Position numbers and translations under genes: made by a program. This document shows positions 1 through 9,869 of a stretch of 64,000 nt of DNA, piece after piece. This DNA is from Candidatus Dadabacteria bacterium (GTDB taxonomy: Bacteria > Desulfobacterota_D > UBA1144 > Nemesobacterales > CSP1-2), in assembly GCA_963805855.1 (NCBI GenBank), contig CAWDVW010000007.1:608001-672000 (forward strand), written 5' to 3'. The notes beneath the pieces are model-generated. The model was not told the origin of the DNA. It did not search any database and worked only from the letters and a program-made list of their open reading frames with translations. Numbering within the stretch: position 1 is the stretch's first letter; each line of letters opens with the position of its first letter.

Positions 1-263
1 CAATCACGGTATTTCCTCCTTTATATCAGATAATCATTATTTTATAAATGGCGCAATGTATGGTGTCAAGAAGCAATTTGAAAAGGCAATTTTCAGCCCC
101 GATGAGAGACGGGAGAATGTTGACGAAGACCCATCCCCGCTCCACTGTTATCAATTTCTCCGGACTGAGTTCTTCAAATATAATTTTTTTGTAGTATGTC
201 ATATTTTCGGACAAGCGACGAAGATTGAACTTCGATAATATCACATCTTTTCAGTAAGTTAGA

Positions 264-731
264 TTGTGGTACGAATATTGCGATACACCCTTACAAATGA
301 ATAGAAAAGGCGAGAGAATAAGAAATGAGATAATTGCGCTCTATGGAAACGGTGTAAGAAAACCCTCCAATGTCGCTAAAGAGCATCCACGACTTTATTC
401 GAATGCGAGGAAGGTTTTCGGTTCGTGGAAAAAGGCATTAGAAGCCTGCAAAATAGACTACGAAGAAGCAAGAAATCATAAGAAATGGTCGAGGGAAAAG
501 GTAGCTAACGAGATTAAAAGGTTATACCTAAGTGGTCATACCCTGAGGCCAAAGGATTTAAAGAAAGGCGGAGCAACAAGGCTGATTTCAGCAGCAAACT
601 ATCATTTTGGTTCCTGGTCTAAGGCTGTTAAGCAGAGCGGTATATACTATTTATTTGAAAGAAACAACAAGAAGACGGATCAGATTGATATATGCTATAA
701 TCAATTCAGGACAAAGCAGGGCGTTAGATAA
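264..731 (+). CDS. Basic protein with two tandem helical repeats (resembles homing-endonuclease-associated repeat), putative DNA-binding; start may be ATG 297
   Basis: Repeat pair LYSNARKVFGSWKKALEACKI / LISAANYHFGSWSKAVKQSGI linked by KWSREKV. Confidence 0.5.
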   Translation: MWYEYCDTPLQMNRKGERIRNEIIALYGNGVRKPSNVAKEHPRLYSNARKVFGSWKKALEACKIDYEEARNHKKWSREKVANEIKRLYLSGHTLRPKDLKKGGATRLISAANYHFGSWSKAVKQSGIYYLFERNNKKTDQIDICYNQFRTKQGVR

Positions 732-756
732 TCCTTGCTTATAAAATTATAAAATG

Positions 757-796
757 GGTGACAGACACTTGTTTACTGAAAGAAGTGTCTGTCACC
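757..796. repeat. 40-bp hairpin repeat (family E), copy 1
   Basis: GGTGACAGACACTT-N12-AAGTGTCTGTCACC, 14-bp perfect inverted repeat; near-identical copy at 36990-37029. Confidence 0.9.
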
Positions 797-815
797 TGTT
801 AGAGAGAGTTGAAAA

Positions 816-1913
816 ATGAATCACGATAACTTGAAGAGAGATAGATACTTCTATTCAAAACCCATAAACGTATACTTTGAGAGCACAATTGCATGTGACC
901 TTGACTGTAAACATTGCCGAGCGGAGGCAATACCCGAGAGAAGCCCTTTTGAACTAGATACCGAGGAGGTGAAGAAATTTCTAAGGGATGTGAAGAAATT
1001 AGGCTCTCATCTCATAATATCAGGTGGAGACCCTCTTAAAAGAGAAGACCTGTTCGACATCATCTCCTATGCAAGGGGGATTGGAATTCCAGTTGGAGTT
1101 ACTCCCACGACTTCTCCGCTCGCCACATTCGAAGCTATTAAAAGGATGAAAGATCTCGGGATCTTTGCCCTCGGTATAAGCCTTGATGGCGCGACTCAGG
1201 AATCACAGGATAGTTTCAGGGGAGTTGACGGAACCTTCAATAACTCTATGAGGGTTTTAAATTATGCAAAAGAGCTTAATATTCCAGTACAGGTTAATAC
1301 GACTTGCACAAAAGGGACAATTTCAGAGATAGAAGGAATTTACAATCTTTTAGCAGAAAATTTTTCTCCACCCGTTAGCAGATGGTCAATCTTCTTCCTC
1401 ATACCCGTTGGGAGGGGGAAAGAGCTTGGGATGCCTTCTTCTTCCGAGGTAGAATCAATTTTCGGATTTTTATACAAAAAATCCAATGAGTCTCCCTTTC
1501 AGATAACAACAACCGAAGCCCCTTCTTACAGGGCTTATTTCTTCCTCAAGGAATTTGAAAAAGGTAAAAACAGGGATGAAATAATACACGGGAACAGAAG
1601 AATGGGATTAGGTGTGAGGGATGGGAACGGTGTCATTTTCGTATCCCATAGAGGCGACATATACCCTTCGGGTTTCCTCCCGATTAACCTCGGAAATGTG
1701 AGGGAAAAGAAGCTTTCGGATATCTACAGAAATGATGAGATCCTAAATACACTTCGTGACCCCGGCTTCTACAAAGGAAAGTGCGGAGTGTGCCCATTCA
1801 AGTTTATATGCGGGGGTTCAAGGGCAAGAGCATACGCCGTAAATGGCGATTTCCTCGAGGCCGACCCTCTATGTTACTTTGATGAGGAATACCTGAAGAG
1901 CATAAATTTCTAG
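816..1913 (+). CDS. Radical SAM/SPASM protein (NirJ/AhbD-like, BA_1875-type)
   Basis: CDLDCKHC motif, SGGDPL, C-terminal KCGVCPFKFICGGSRARAYA...DPLC. Confidence 0.85.
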   Translation: MNHDNLKRDRYFYSKPINVYFESTIACDLDCKHCRAEAIPERSPFELDTEEVKKFLRDVKKLGSHLIISGGDPLKREDLFDIISYARGIGIPVGVTPTTSPLATFEAIKRMKDLGIFALGISLDGATQESQDSFRGVDGTFNNSMRVLNYAKELNIPVQVNTTCTKGTISEIEGIYNLLAENFSPPVSRWSIFFLIPVGRGKELGMPSSSEVESIFGFLYKKSNESPFQITTTEAPSYRAYFFLKEFEKGKNRDEIIHGNRRMGLGVRDGNGVIFVSHRGDIYPSGFLPINLGNVREKKLSDIYRNDEILNTLRDPGFYKGKCGVCPFKFICGGSRARAYAVNGDFLEADPLCYFDEEYLKSINF

Positions 1914-1949
1914 ATTTACGCACTCTAATCCTTTCAACCCTAATCCGGA

Positions 1950-2023
1950 CATCCTGAGCAAGGTCAAAGGATGATTTAAGATCACCAAATGGAGTAATTG
2001 CACACTTCGATGAACTCAGTGTG
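1950..2023. repeat. Two inverted copies of REP-like family C (CTTCGA-N4/5-CTCAG)
   Basis: CATCCTGAGCAAGGTCAAAGGATG (1950-1973) and CACACTTCGATGAACTCAGTGTG (2001-2023). Confidence 0.75.
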
Positions 2024-2037
2024 AACGGGTTAGTGAG

Positions 2038-2170
2038 ATTTTAACGTCTTCGCTTCTGATTTTTAACGCAATTTTTGGAAGGCCATTAAAGTCCCTTTCA
2101 TTTTGAAAAGGATTAATGCAAATCAATCAACTCATGAAATTTTGGAAAATTTGCCCGCAACATATCTAAC
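2038..2170 (+). repeat. Partial (right-half) copy of MITE-like family B
   Basis: ttaacgtcttc...acgcaatttttggaaggcc...gtcc(c/t)tttcatt..aaaagga aligns with 3229-3360. Confidence 0.8.
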
Positions 2171-2308
2171 TTCTACGATTCCGAATGAGATGAAACGATC
2201 CTCGCCACCCCTGTTTTGATCGGCGATTAGGCAACTCACCTACCTGTTATCGAGAGAGGAGATTGTTTATTCGTAAAATCATGGCTTGCTACCGCCCGTG
2301 TACTTTGC

Positions 2309-2977
2309 TTATTCCTCTACGACATATTCAAACGTAACTGCGCAAGCGGCAATAAAGATCAGATCAAATGATATCAGAATGTGTAAAGCAGAATCGTTAA
2401 ATAGTATTGAATCGCCTTGAAGTATTGACCCTGTTAATTTTACGGAGCTAATTATTACCGGGATCACGATAGGGAAAAGAAGAATAGGAAGAAGAACTTC
2501 ACGAAGCTTCGTATTCAGCGCGACCGCAGAGAAAAGTGTTCCTACCGAAACAAAGCCAACAGTTCCCAGGATTATCACAAGCAAGAGAGGTAGCAGGACA
2601 TCGGTAAAGCTGAAATTAAAAAATAGACTGAATAAAGGAAGGATGATCAACTCGACTATAATAACAAAAATAAAATTCCCAATCATTTTCCCAAAGAATA
2701 GAACGCTCCTGTCAACCGGCGTCAGAAGGAGCCCCATTATGGAATTTCCCTCTTTTTCGATTGCGAATGAGCGACTGAGTCCCAAAACTCCGGCAAAGGT
2801 GAACGAAACCCATAAGATGGCGGGAGCCGCAAATTTTATGACCTCCGTTGAAAGGCTGAAGGCAAAATTAAAAATAACAAGCAACAGTATTGCAAACGTA
2901 AACATGGCTGACAGGAGTTCCTTAGTCCTGAGCTCGATTATTATGTCTTTATAGAGGATCGCAATGATATTTTTCAT
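2309..2977 (-). CDS. ccmB: Heme exporter protein CcmB
   Basis: KDIIIELRTKE start, E-x-E-G...LLL-x-P and LLPILLFP motifs, hydrophobic; next to ccmA. Confidence 0.9.
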   Translation of the reverse strand: MKNIIAILYKDIIIELRTKELLSAMFTFAILLLVIFNFAFSLSTEVIKFAAPAILWVSFTFAGVLGLSRSFAIEKEGNSIMGLLLTPVDRSVLFFGKMIGNFIFVIIVELIILPLFSLFFNFSFTDVLLPLLLVIILGTVGFVSVGTLFSAVALNTKLREVLLPILLFPIVIPVIISSVKLTGSILQGDSILFNDSALHILISFDLIFIAACAVTFEYVVEE

Positions 2978-3040
2978 GTTTCAAACCGATAATCCTGCAG
3001 GATGCCAGGGTATCGTTAAGTCAAGGATCAGTTTCTCATC

Positions 3041-3374
3041 TCATTGCTGTAAATGTCAGATATTTCCAGGCCAGAATCTTTAAACGTATCTTCCTCAGTT
3101 GCTTTAGCCTTATCTCTAACTTCTTTGTCTTGATACAAAGAAGCAAAAATCAAGGCTGTCCAAAAATTTGCTAAAAATCATACACTCCGACTAAAACATT
3201 TAATCCAACCACAACCCGCAAATTTTTTTTAACGTCTTCATTCCTGATTTTCTTGACGCAATTTTTGGAAGGCCGTTCAAGTCCTTTTCATTCTAAAAAG
3301 GACTAATACAAGCTAATCTCCTCACAAAATCGCATCAAGTTTGCCCCCGAATCATATAACATTTACAGCAATGA
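3041..3374. mobile_element. 334-bp MITE-like element (family B) with 16-bp terminal inverted repeats
   Basis: TCATTGCTGTAAATGT (3041-3056) / ACATTTACAGCAATGA (3359-3374); internal tctttgtcttgatacaaaga shared with copies near 31.9, 34.6 and 35.9 kb. Confidence 0.75.
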
Positions 3375-3479
3375 CAGTGCACATGCACGGGCGAAGTAAA
3401 AAATCAGTGCAAAAAATCATTTCTCAACCAATCTTAAATCAAATCCGAAGCACTTAAATTTTAGAGAACATGCCCGCTG

Positions 3480-4202
3480 TCATATGGGTTTAACTACCTT
3501 CTCAAAATATATATCTGTAAATTTGTCATCCTCAAGGTCATTCGTGAGACCTTCAAAGACAAACGTTCCATTACTAAGAATTGCTACTCTATCGCTCAGC
3601 TCAAACCCTTCTGATATGTTATGAGTCGTCATCAATATAGTTCTCTTTTGCGTTTTAAGCAATTTCAGCATCTCATTAAATATTCTGGTCCCATGCTGAT
3701 CCAGACCCGAGTAGGGTTCATCCAAAAGAAGGATTTTAGGGTCATGAACTATTGCCCGCGCTACAGCCAGACGTTGCTTCATGCCACTGGAAAATGTCCT
3801 GACCAGATCGTGCCTTCTATTCTCGAGTCCTACTCTTCTGATTACCTCGGCGGCCTTTTCGTCAGCATTTGAGATTCCATACATCGAAGCAAAAAATCTA
3901 ATATTCTCAAAAGCGCTAAGACTTTCGTATAAAAAGGGCTGATGTGAAATGAAGCCGACAGATTTTCGTATCTCCTGAGGTTCTTTTTTTATATCGTGCC
4001 CTGCTATCAATACCTTCCCTTTTGTAGGCTTGGTTAGAGAGGATAGGATTCTCAGCAGCGTTGTCTTCCCCGCGCCATTAGGTCCGAAAATCGTAAGAAA
4101 CTCCCCCTCTCCGACGCTAAGATCAATGCCGGCTAATGCGTCAAGGCTTCCGAATGATTTTGAAAGCCCCTCGATGTGTATATCGAAACAGGTGGTATCC
4201 AA
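3480..4202 (-). CDS. ccmA: Heme ABC exporter ATP-binding protein CcmA
   Basis: GPNGAGKT Walker A, FSSGM signature, LLLDEP; upstream of ccmB. Confidence 0.85.
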   Translation of the reverse strand: MDTTCFDIHIEGLSKSFGSLDALAGIDLSVGEGEFLTIFGPNGAGKTTLLRILSSLTKPTKGKVLIAGHDIKKEPQEIRKSVGFISHQPFLYESLSAFENIRFFASMYGISNADEKAAEVIRRVGLENRRHDLVRTFSSGMKQRLAVARAIVHDPKILLLDEPYSGLDQHGTRIFNEMLKLLKTQKRTILMTTHNISEGFELSDRVAILSNGTFVFEGLTNDLEDDKFTDIYFEKVVKPI

Positions 4203-4354
4203 TTATTAGTATCCTAAACGATAACAAGAAGATAAAAGACTTATGAAAATCAAGAAATAAACAGTGTTCGTAAATTATATTCAGAATACTTACAAATTGT
4301 TATTAATACACAGGAAGATTGTATCCAAAGGGTTGGTAACATGGAAGTCTTTGC

Positions 4355-5386
4355 TCAGCTTTTCAATAATCTCTCTATACCGCCTATACCTTTAACCCAA
4401 TCTGCAAGTTGCCTGAGGCCCTCATCCATATTTACAATTGGCTTGTACCCAATTTCCTGCTTGGCCTTTTCAATACTATAACTCCTGCTTCCTGCGAGCG
4501 CTGCAACGGCAAATCTTGTTAACACAGGGGGGTTTTTGGAATTGACTATTTTGAATAAGATCTCCATTATATAAGCCACGCCATAGGCAATTGAATACGG
4601 TATAGTAAATTTTGGTGCCCATTCTATCCCAACCGCGCCAAGAAGCTTGGTCAGGAATTCAATGTGCTCTATTTTTACACCGTCATTGATAAAATAAATA
4701 TTTCCTCCATGACTGTCGCCTTCTACCGAAAGCACGAGCGCATGAACAAGGTTATCGACATGGCAGGGCGAAACCCATCTGTGTCCGCTCCCCATCGGGA
4801 AAAGGATACCCTTCTTAGCTGCCAGGGCTATTCTCGGCAGTATCACCCTGTCTCCTGCTCCCCACACGTTCGACGGCCTGAGCACAATCGTCTCAAGGCC
4901 GGTCCTTTCATGGAAGCCTGTCACAATCCTCTCAGCCTCTGCCTTGGTTTCATTGTAATGATCGTTGTACTTTTCCGGATACGGATAGCCCTCGTCTATA
5001 TCCTTAATATCGTGCACTTCCCAAAAATCTGACTTCCACACAACAGTTGAACTGCTCATATATATAAACCCCTTCACTCCCGAATCTTTGGACGCATCCA
5101 ATAGAACCCTGGTCGCCTCAACATTCATACTGTAAAAATCTCGCTTGGATCCCCAGTCGGTGACCATTGCGGCCAGATGATATACCAAATCGCCACCCTT
5201 TGTTAAGCTTCTGAGTGAATCATGATCTAAAAGATCTCCGTAGCACAACTCTACTCCCAATTTCTTCAACGGTTCAACTTGACTGGATTTTCTGACCAGA
5301 CATTTAACTTCATATCCCTTCTCAACTAATCTCTCCACGAGCCTACTCCCGATAAATCCAGTGCCGCCGGTGATTACTGCTTTCAT
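4355..5386 (-). CDS. NAD-dependent epimerase/dehydratase (3-beta-HSD-like extended SDR)
   Basis: TGGTGFIG, YNETK catalytic YxxxK, LRPSNVWG. Confidence 0.9.
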   Translation of the reverse strand: MKAVITGGTGFIGSRLVERLVEKGYEVKCLVRKSSQVEPLKKLGVELCYGDLLDHDSLRSLTKGGDLVYHLAAMVTDWGSKRDFYSMNVEATRVLLDASKDSGVKGFIYMSSSTVVWKSDFWEVHDIKDIDEGYPYPEKYNDHYNETKAEAERIVTGFHERTGLETIVLRPSNVWGAGDRVILPRIALAAKKGILFPMGSGHRWVSPCHVDNLVHALVLSVEGDSHGGNIYFINDGVKIEHIEFLTKLLGAVGIEWAPKFTIPYSIAYGVAYIMEILFKIVNSKNPPVLTRFAVAALAGSRSYSIEKAKQEIGYKPIVNMDEGLRQLADWVKGIGGIERLLKS

Positions 5387-5581
5387 TTGTAGATCTCCAA
5401 AACCCTATTGGGTTCTTTAACGGATTTTTCGTTTCAAAAGATATGATCTAGAACCAACCAGCAAACTCAATAGATTGATTGTGTTTAAAGAAAATGGAAA
5501 TTCACAGATAGAGGCCTTTCCGTTCAGAAATAACTCGATAACACTGATCATCGCATCCTCTTATATCTCGGGAATCCAGAT

Positions 5582-6196
5582 CTAATTTGAATATTTAACT
5601 GAACAGCCGTATGGTTTTGATTGAGTTATTGTGACTGGCTTTCCGGCAAGTATTTCCTCAAGAGCCTGATCAACGTAGTTCAAAGCCTTTCCATCCTTTG
5701 ATCCCCGCGGGTCGTCATCGATCGCTCCCGAATAAACGAGTATGCCGGACGGACCTATTATATACATGTTTGGCGTGGTCTTTGCGCCGTAGAGTTTACC
5801 AACGCTCCCAGAGCTATCATCCAGTATGGGATAGCCAACTTTAAACTTATTGATCCAATTTTGGTTGTCTTGCTTATTCATGTAATGTGTGCTGTTGATC
5901 GCTATCCAAACCACATTCTTTTCTTTATATTTATTCGCTAATGTGGTCATAGTCTTGGAGTCGTAATGCCTTTGGACGAAAGGGCAATCTGGGTTCATCC
6001 ATTCAAGCACGATTATACTATTTTTAATGTCTGACAATTTAACCTCATGACCTGTTTGATCTTCAAGAGTAAAATCGGGTGCCGGAGATCCGATTTCTGC
6101 CTTGGTCTTATTATCCTGAGCGCTTAGACCTAGAATTAATGAGAAAAATATTGAAGTTGAAAAAAGGATCATCTTAATCAGTGAATTCAATTTCAT
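5582..6196 (-). CDS. Secreted redoxin/AhpC-TSA (thioredoxin-like) protein
   Basis: Signal peptide, APDFTL, EWMNPDCPFV, GAIDD, PYGCSVKY; GGAGG RBS before ATG 6196. Confidence 0.85.
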   Translation of the reverse strand: MKLNSLIKMILFSTSIFFSLILGLSAQDNKTKAEIGSPAPDFTLEDQTGHEVKLSDIKNSIIVLEWMNPDCPFVQRHYDSKTMTTLANKYKEKNVVWIAINSTHYMNKQDNQNWINKFKVGYPILDDSSGSVGKLYGAKTTPNMYIIGPSGILVYSGAIDDDPRGSKDGKALNYVDQALEEILAGKPVTITQSKPYGCSVKYSN

Positions 6197-6294
6197 AATT
6201 CCCTCCATGAGTTTATGATACTTTCTTTGACTCTTTTCATCATTTAGCAACAGGCTATAGGACTCGTAAGATAATGACTTTTGTCTGCTTGTTT

Positions 6295-7149
6295 TTAATT
6301 CTTAGGATTCCGCTGAAGTGGAATTTGCAAGACAGTGCCATTACGTCTCCCATCCTTGTCCACGTATAATACCAAAGATTCCAGAATATCAGAGTCCAGT
6401 CTTTGACCGGGGTAAACCGATGCCTTGAATCTAATATCGGTCTTATCACTCCCTTTACGAATTTGAATTTTATCAATCTCTAATTCATTCTCTGGTGCCG
6501 GAATCCAATCTACATCCAGCGGTTTTTTTCTCCAGTCAAGCGTCACAGTGATATTTGAATCTGTTTGATCACTGTTCACATCTCTTTCAATAACAGCTAT
6601 AAATGGACTCGTGCCGGGATCGTATTCTATTGGTAAACGTTTTTCCCATTCTTCGAATAACGACGTGTTTATATGAGCTTCCGAATCAGTTGATATAACC
6701 GAGGTTTCGAGATTGCTCTTTCCTGGTATACAAATATCTGAACAACTGGTCCAGCTCACCTCCGCCCTTATTGGTATCGTTTCATAGTTTGAAAGATCAG
6801 ACGGCGCCCTGACTTCGGAAAATAAAAGCAAAGAGCCTTCATAACCAAAGTCCTCAATATCTCCGGGTCGTTTGAAGATCATGGGTATCGGCCACCGAAG
6901 ATCCTGCACAATAAAGCCATCAGGAAGAACAAAATTCACCGAGGTAGGCAATCCGGAATCACCGGGGTTTTTCCAGTATATATGCCAATTTGGTTCAATC
7001 TTAAACCTGACACCTATCTTGAATGTTTCCTCTGCCTTTATTTTCGAAACGTCTGCTATGAGTTCCGATTTAACTGGTGTTGGCAACTCCCCTGCCAACA
7101 AGTTAATCGGTGGAAAAAAATAAACCACAAAAAATATGAAAATCAGCAT
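6295..7149 (-). CDS. DsbD N-terminal-type (protein-disulfide reductase) domain protein
   Basis: WHIYWKNPGDSGLPT and CSDICIPG motifs. Confidence 0.85.
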   Translation of the reverse strand: MLIFIFFVVYFFPPINLLAGELPTPVKSELIADVSKIKAEETFKIGVRFKIEPNWHIYWKNPGDSGLPTSVNFVLPDGFIVQDLRWPIPMIFKRPGDIEDFGYEGSLLLFSEVRAPSDLSNYETIPIRAEVSWTSCSDICIPGKSNLETSVISTDSEAHINTSLFEEWEKRLPIEYDPGTSPFIAVIERDVNSDQTDSNITVTLDWRKKPLDVDWIPAPENELEIDKIQIRKGSDKTDIRFKASVYPGQRLDSDILESLVLYVDKDGRRNGTVLQIPLQRNPKN

Positions 7150-7238
7150 ATTATCTTCACCTATTTAAAAAACCTTTTAACAACCCTGAATCCATCTATT
7201 AAACAAGATGTCTATATCAACCGATTTAAATGTTGACG

Positions 7239-7712
7239 TTAAACCTGATGATACCAATCCTCCGCAGGTACACGTATAGCAAGAACTTCTCCTTCGGCGC
7301 ATTTTATTTGATTTGAAAAGAGCGAGCAACTAACCACGGTTTTTCTACCTTCTGTTTTTGAAATTCTGGCCCTCAGGTCAACAGGCTTATCAATATGTGC
7401 AGGTTTGTGATAGTCAATTTTTAATGATGCTGTAACATACCAAATAAATGGTTCTGTATCCAACCCCCTCCCCTCTTTCCTGTATGCCGCCGCAATGGCT
7501 GTACATACCGAGTGACAGTCGATGACGGTTGCGATAATCCCTCCGTTTAGAATATTTGTGGGACCCGCCATATGCTGCGGGCTTGGTACCCATGTGCAGA
7601 CCGATTCTTCACCTGACCAATAACTTTTCAAACGTAGTCCCTGCTCGTTACCGCTTCCACAACCCCAGCAATTGTTCCTACGAAGATAATCCTGAAAGCC
7701 TCTTTTCTCCAT
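7239..7712 (-). CDS. PaaI/hotdog-fold thioesterase
   Basis: CWGCG, LNGGIIATVIDCHS, VTASLKIDY. Confidence 0.85.
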   Translation of the reverse strand: MEKRGFQDYLRRNNCWGCGSGNEQGLRLKSYWSGEESVCTWVPSPQHMAGPTNILNGGIIATVIDCHSVCTAIAAAYRKEGRGLDTEPFIWYVTASLKIDYHKPAHIDKPVDLRARISKTEGRKTVVSCSLFSNQIKCAEGEVLAIRVPAEDWYHQV

Positions 7713-7940
7713 TGAATGATCCTCCTCTTGAGATGAGATTAATTTGACTCAGCTTGCACAAAACTCAACTGGGAAGAAAACACGTAATTAATTACCAATT
7801 ATTATCATAGCGAAAGTATTTTTGGGAAATTTACCTTTTTGATATTCCTTTTCACAGAATTATACTATTCCTCTTTATTAAGATATATAATATCAATCCA
7901 AAGATTGTAAAAACCTAGCTGAGCACAGGAGATAATCTAC

Positions 7941-8858
7941 ATGACACCAGCCGATGAAACATTTGATGGGACGTTCCCATTCAGGGCTCATTTTTCCGAA
8001 GTCAACGGTTTTAAAATGCACTATGTAGATGAAGGCGAGGGTGAGCCGATTATCTGTCTCCACGGCGAGCCTACGTGGGGTTATCTGTATCGGAAATTCA
8101 TACCCCCTCTCTCCAAGACAAATAGGGTCATCGTACCTGATCATATGGGATTTGGAAAAAGCGAAACTCCTCAGGATAAAGAGTATACCCTACAAACACA
8201 TGTCGAAAATCTTGTAGGGTTGATTGAAGAGCTTGGCCTCCAAGATATAACATTTGTCGCCCAGGACTGGGGTGGACCAATATGCAGCGCTTACACAGTT
8301 CGCTACCCGGATCGAGTAAAGCGATTCTGCCTCATGAATACCCTTCTCGGCTATGGACCCCTTGTGCCAAATGCTCCAAAAATACCGGCATTACATACAT
8401 CACCGTGGTTTACCTGGGTAATAAAAGGATTAGAAGACGGTTCCTACTATGAGGTGTTGGGAAACTTACGCACGACTACTCTGAGTGTGATGAAGCTGCT
8501 CGGGTTTGAGAAGTCACAGGTCGTGGATCAAGCGTGGCTCAGGGCGTACTCTTCGCCATTTGAGAACAAATCTGAGTGCAAAGGCGCGATAGAATTTCCC
8601 CTAGATGTAGCCCAGCAACGGATACTCAATTATGTAAAAGAGGGGATAGGCGGAATCGACGAGTTACGCAAGAAGCCAGCGATGCTGGCTGAAGGCATGC
8701 GCGACAGAGCCATACCTCCAGCAAGAGCGATCGCAGATTTCAAAATACTCTACCCGACTGGCCCTATAGTTGAGTTAGAAAATGTGGGCCATTTCTGTCA
8801 GGAAGACGCGCCAGAAACCCTAGTCGCTCTGATCCAGCAATTTATTCAAATGACATAG
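7941..8858 (+). CDS. Haloalkane dehalogenase-family alpha/beta hydrolase
   Basis: MHYVDEG, HGEPTWGYLYR, QDWGG nucleophile, GHFCQED. Confidence 0.85.
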   Translation: MTPADETFDGTFPFRAHFSEVNGFKMHYVDEGEGEPIICLHGEPTWGYLYRKFIPPLSKTNRVIVPDHMGFGKSETPQDKEYTLQTHVENLVGLIEELGLQDITFVAQDWGGPICSAYTVRYPDRVKRFCLMNTLLGYGPLVPNAPKIPALHTSPWFTWVIKGLEDGSYYEVLGNLRTTTLSVMKLLGFEKSQVVDQAWLRAYSSPFENKSECKGAIEFPLDVAQQRILNYVKEGIGGIDELRKKPAMLAEGMRDRAIPPARAIADFKILYPTGPIVELENVGHFCQEDAPETLVALIQQFIQMT

Positions 8859-8882
8859 AGAATGAAGAGTCATTGACCACAT

Positions 8883-9182
8883 TTACAATAAGTACTTATC
8901 ATACACTTCCTTGGCCCAGAAAATATCTGTTCCTGAAGAAAGCAGCCCGGTCATCATAATTGTCTCGGCTATCTCTTCTTTACTTATTTTCATGGCAAGA
9001 GCTTTTTTTATGCGAGAACTTGTACAATGAGGGCATCTGCCGTGAACAACTACCGCTACTGCAATCAAGGCCTTTGTCTTCTTATCAAGCTTTGTCTCGC
9101 CCTCGACTGCATTGTAAAATTTCCACCACCCTTCTGCCATCTCAGGGGCATGCTTTTCGAACCACCTCTGATCATCTGCCAT
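8883..9182 (-). CDS. Carboxymuconolactone decarboxylase/AhpD-family protein
   Basis: LDKKTKALIAVA...CPHC...EEIAE; AGGAGG RBS before ATG 9182. Confidence 0.85.
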   Translation of the reverse strand: MADDQRWFEKHAPEMAEGWWKFYNAVEGETKLDKKTKALIAVAVVVHGRCPHCTSSRIKKALAMKISKEEIAETIMMTGLLSSGTDIFWAKEVYDKYLL

Positions 9183-9365
9183 CTTGTAATACCTCCTTTT
9201 TATGTTTTGATATTGTAAAGATTTTAACACATTATATTACTGTATTACCGGGTTAACCTAATATTTAGATTAAATTATATCTGTTTGGGTTCGTGATTAT
9301 AGGTTTATTTAATTCCAGTACATTGGTATGATAATTGACGTGATAAAAAAGCGGAGGAGGTTATT

Positions 9366-9764
9366 ATGCAATTTCTACACACCATGATCAGGGTTGGCGA
9401 TTTGGAGAGATCTATTAAATTTTATACAGAGGTTTTGGGGCTAAAACTACACAGAAAAACGGACTATCCAGATGGGAAATTCACCCTGGCCTTTTTAGGT
9501 TATGGCGGAGACGCTGAGCCATTTTTGGAATTGACATACAACTGGGATACCGATAAATATGACCTGGGTAATAGCTATGGTCACATGGCATTTGGCGTTG
9601 AGGACATTTATGCTGCCTGTGAAAAGATTGAGGAGCTAGGAGGAAAGGTCGTTAGACCCCCCGGGCCTATGAAGCACGGGACAACCGTTATTGCATTTGT
9701 CGAAGACCCCGATTCATATAGGATCGAGCTGATAGAGAGAAAGGAAAAGTCGTCGGCTTATTAA
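9366..9764 (+). CDS. gloA: Lactoylglutathione lyase (glyoxalase I)
   Basis: [44 protein letters not shown]. Confidence 0.95.
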   Translation: MQFLHTMIRVGDLERSIKFYTEVLGLKLHRKTDYPDGKFTLAFLGYGGDAEPFLELTYNWDTDKYDLGNSYGHMAFGVEDIYAACEKIEELGGKVVRPPGPMKHGTTVIAFVEDPDSYRIELIERKEKSSAY

Positions 9765-9869
9765 GGTTCTATTTCGCCCTAATATACATTCGCAGCGCCC
9801 GTTTCGCGAGCGAGCACGAAGATTGGAACTGATGAGGGCATAGGTCTCGACATAGACCTTTGCGAGAAT

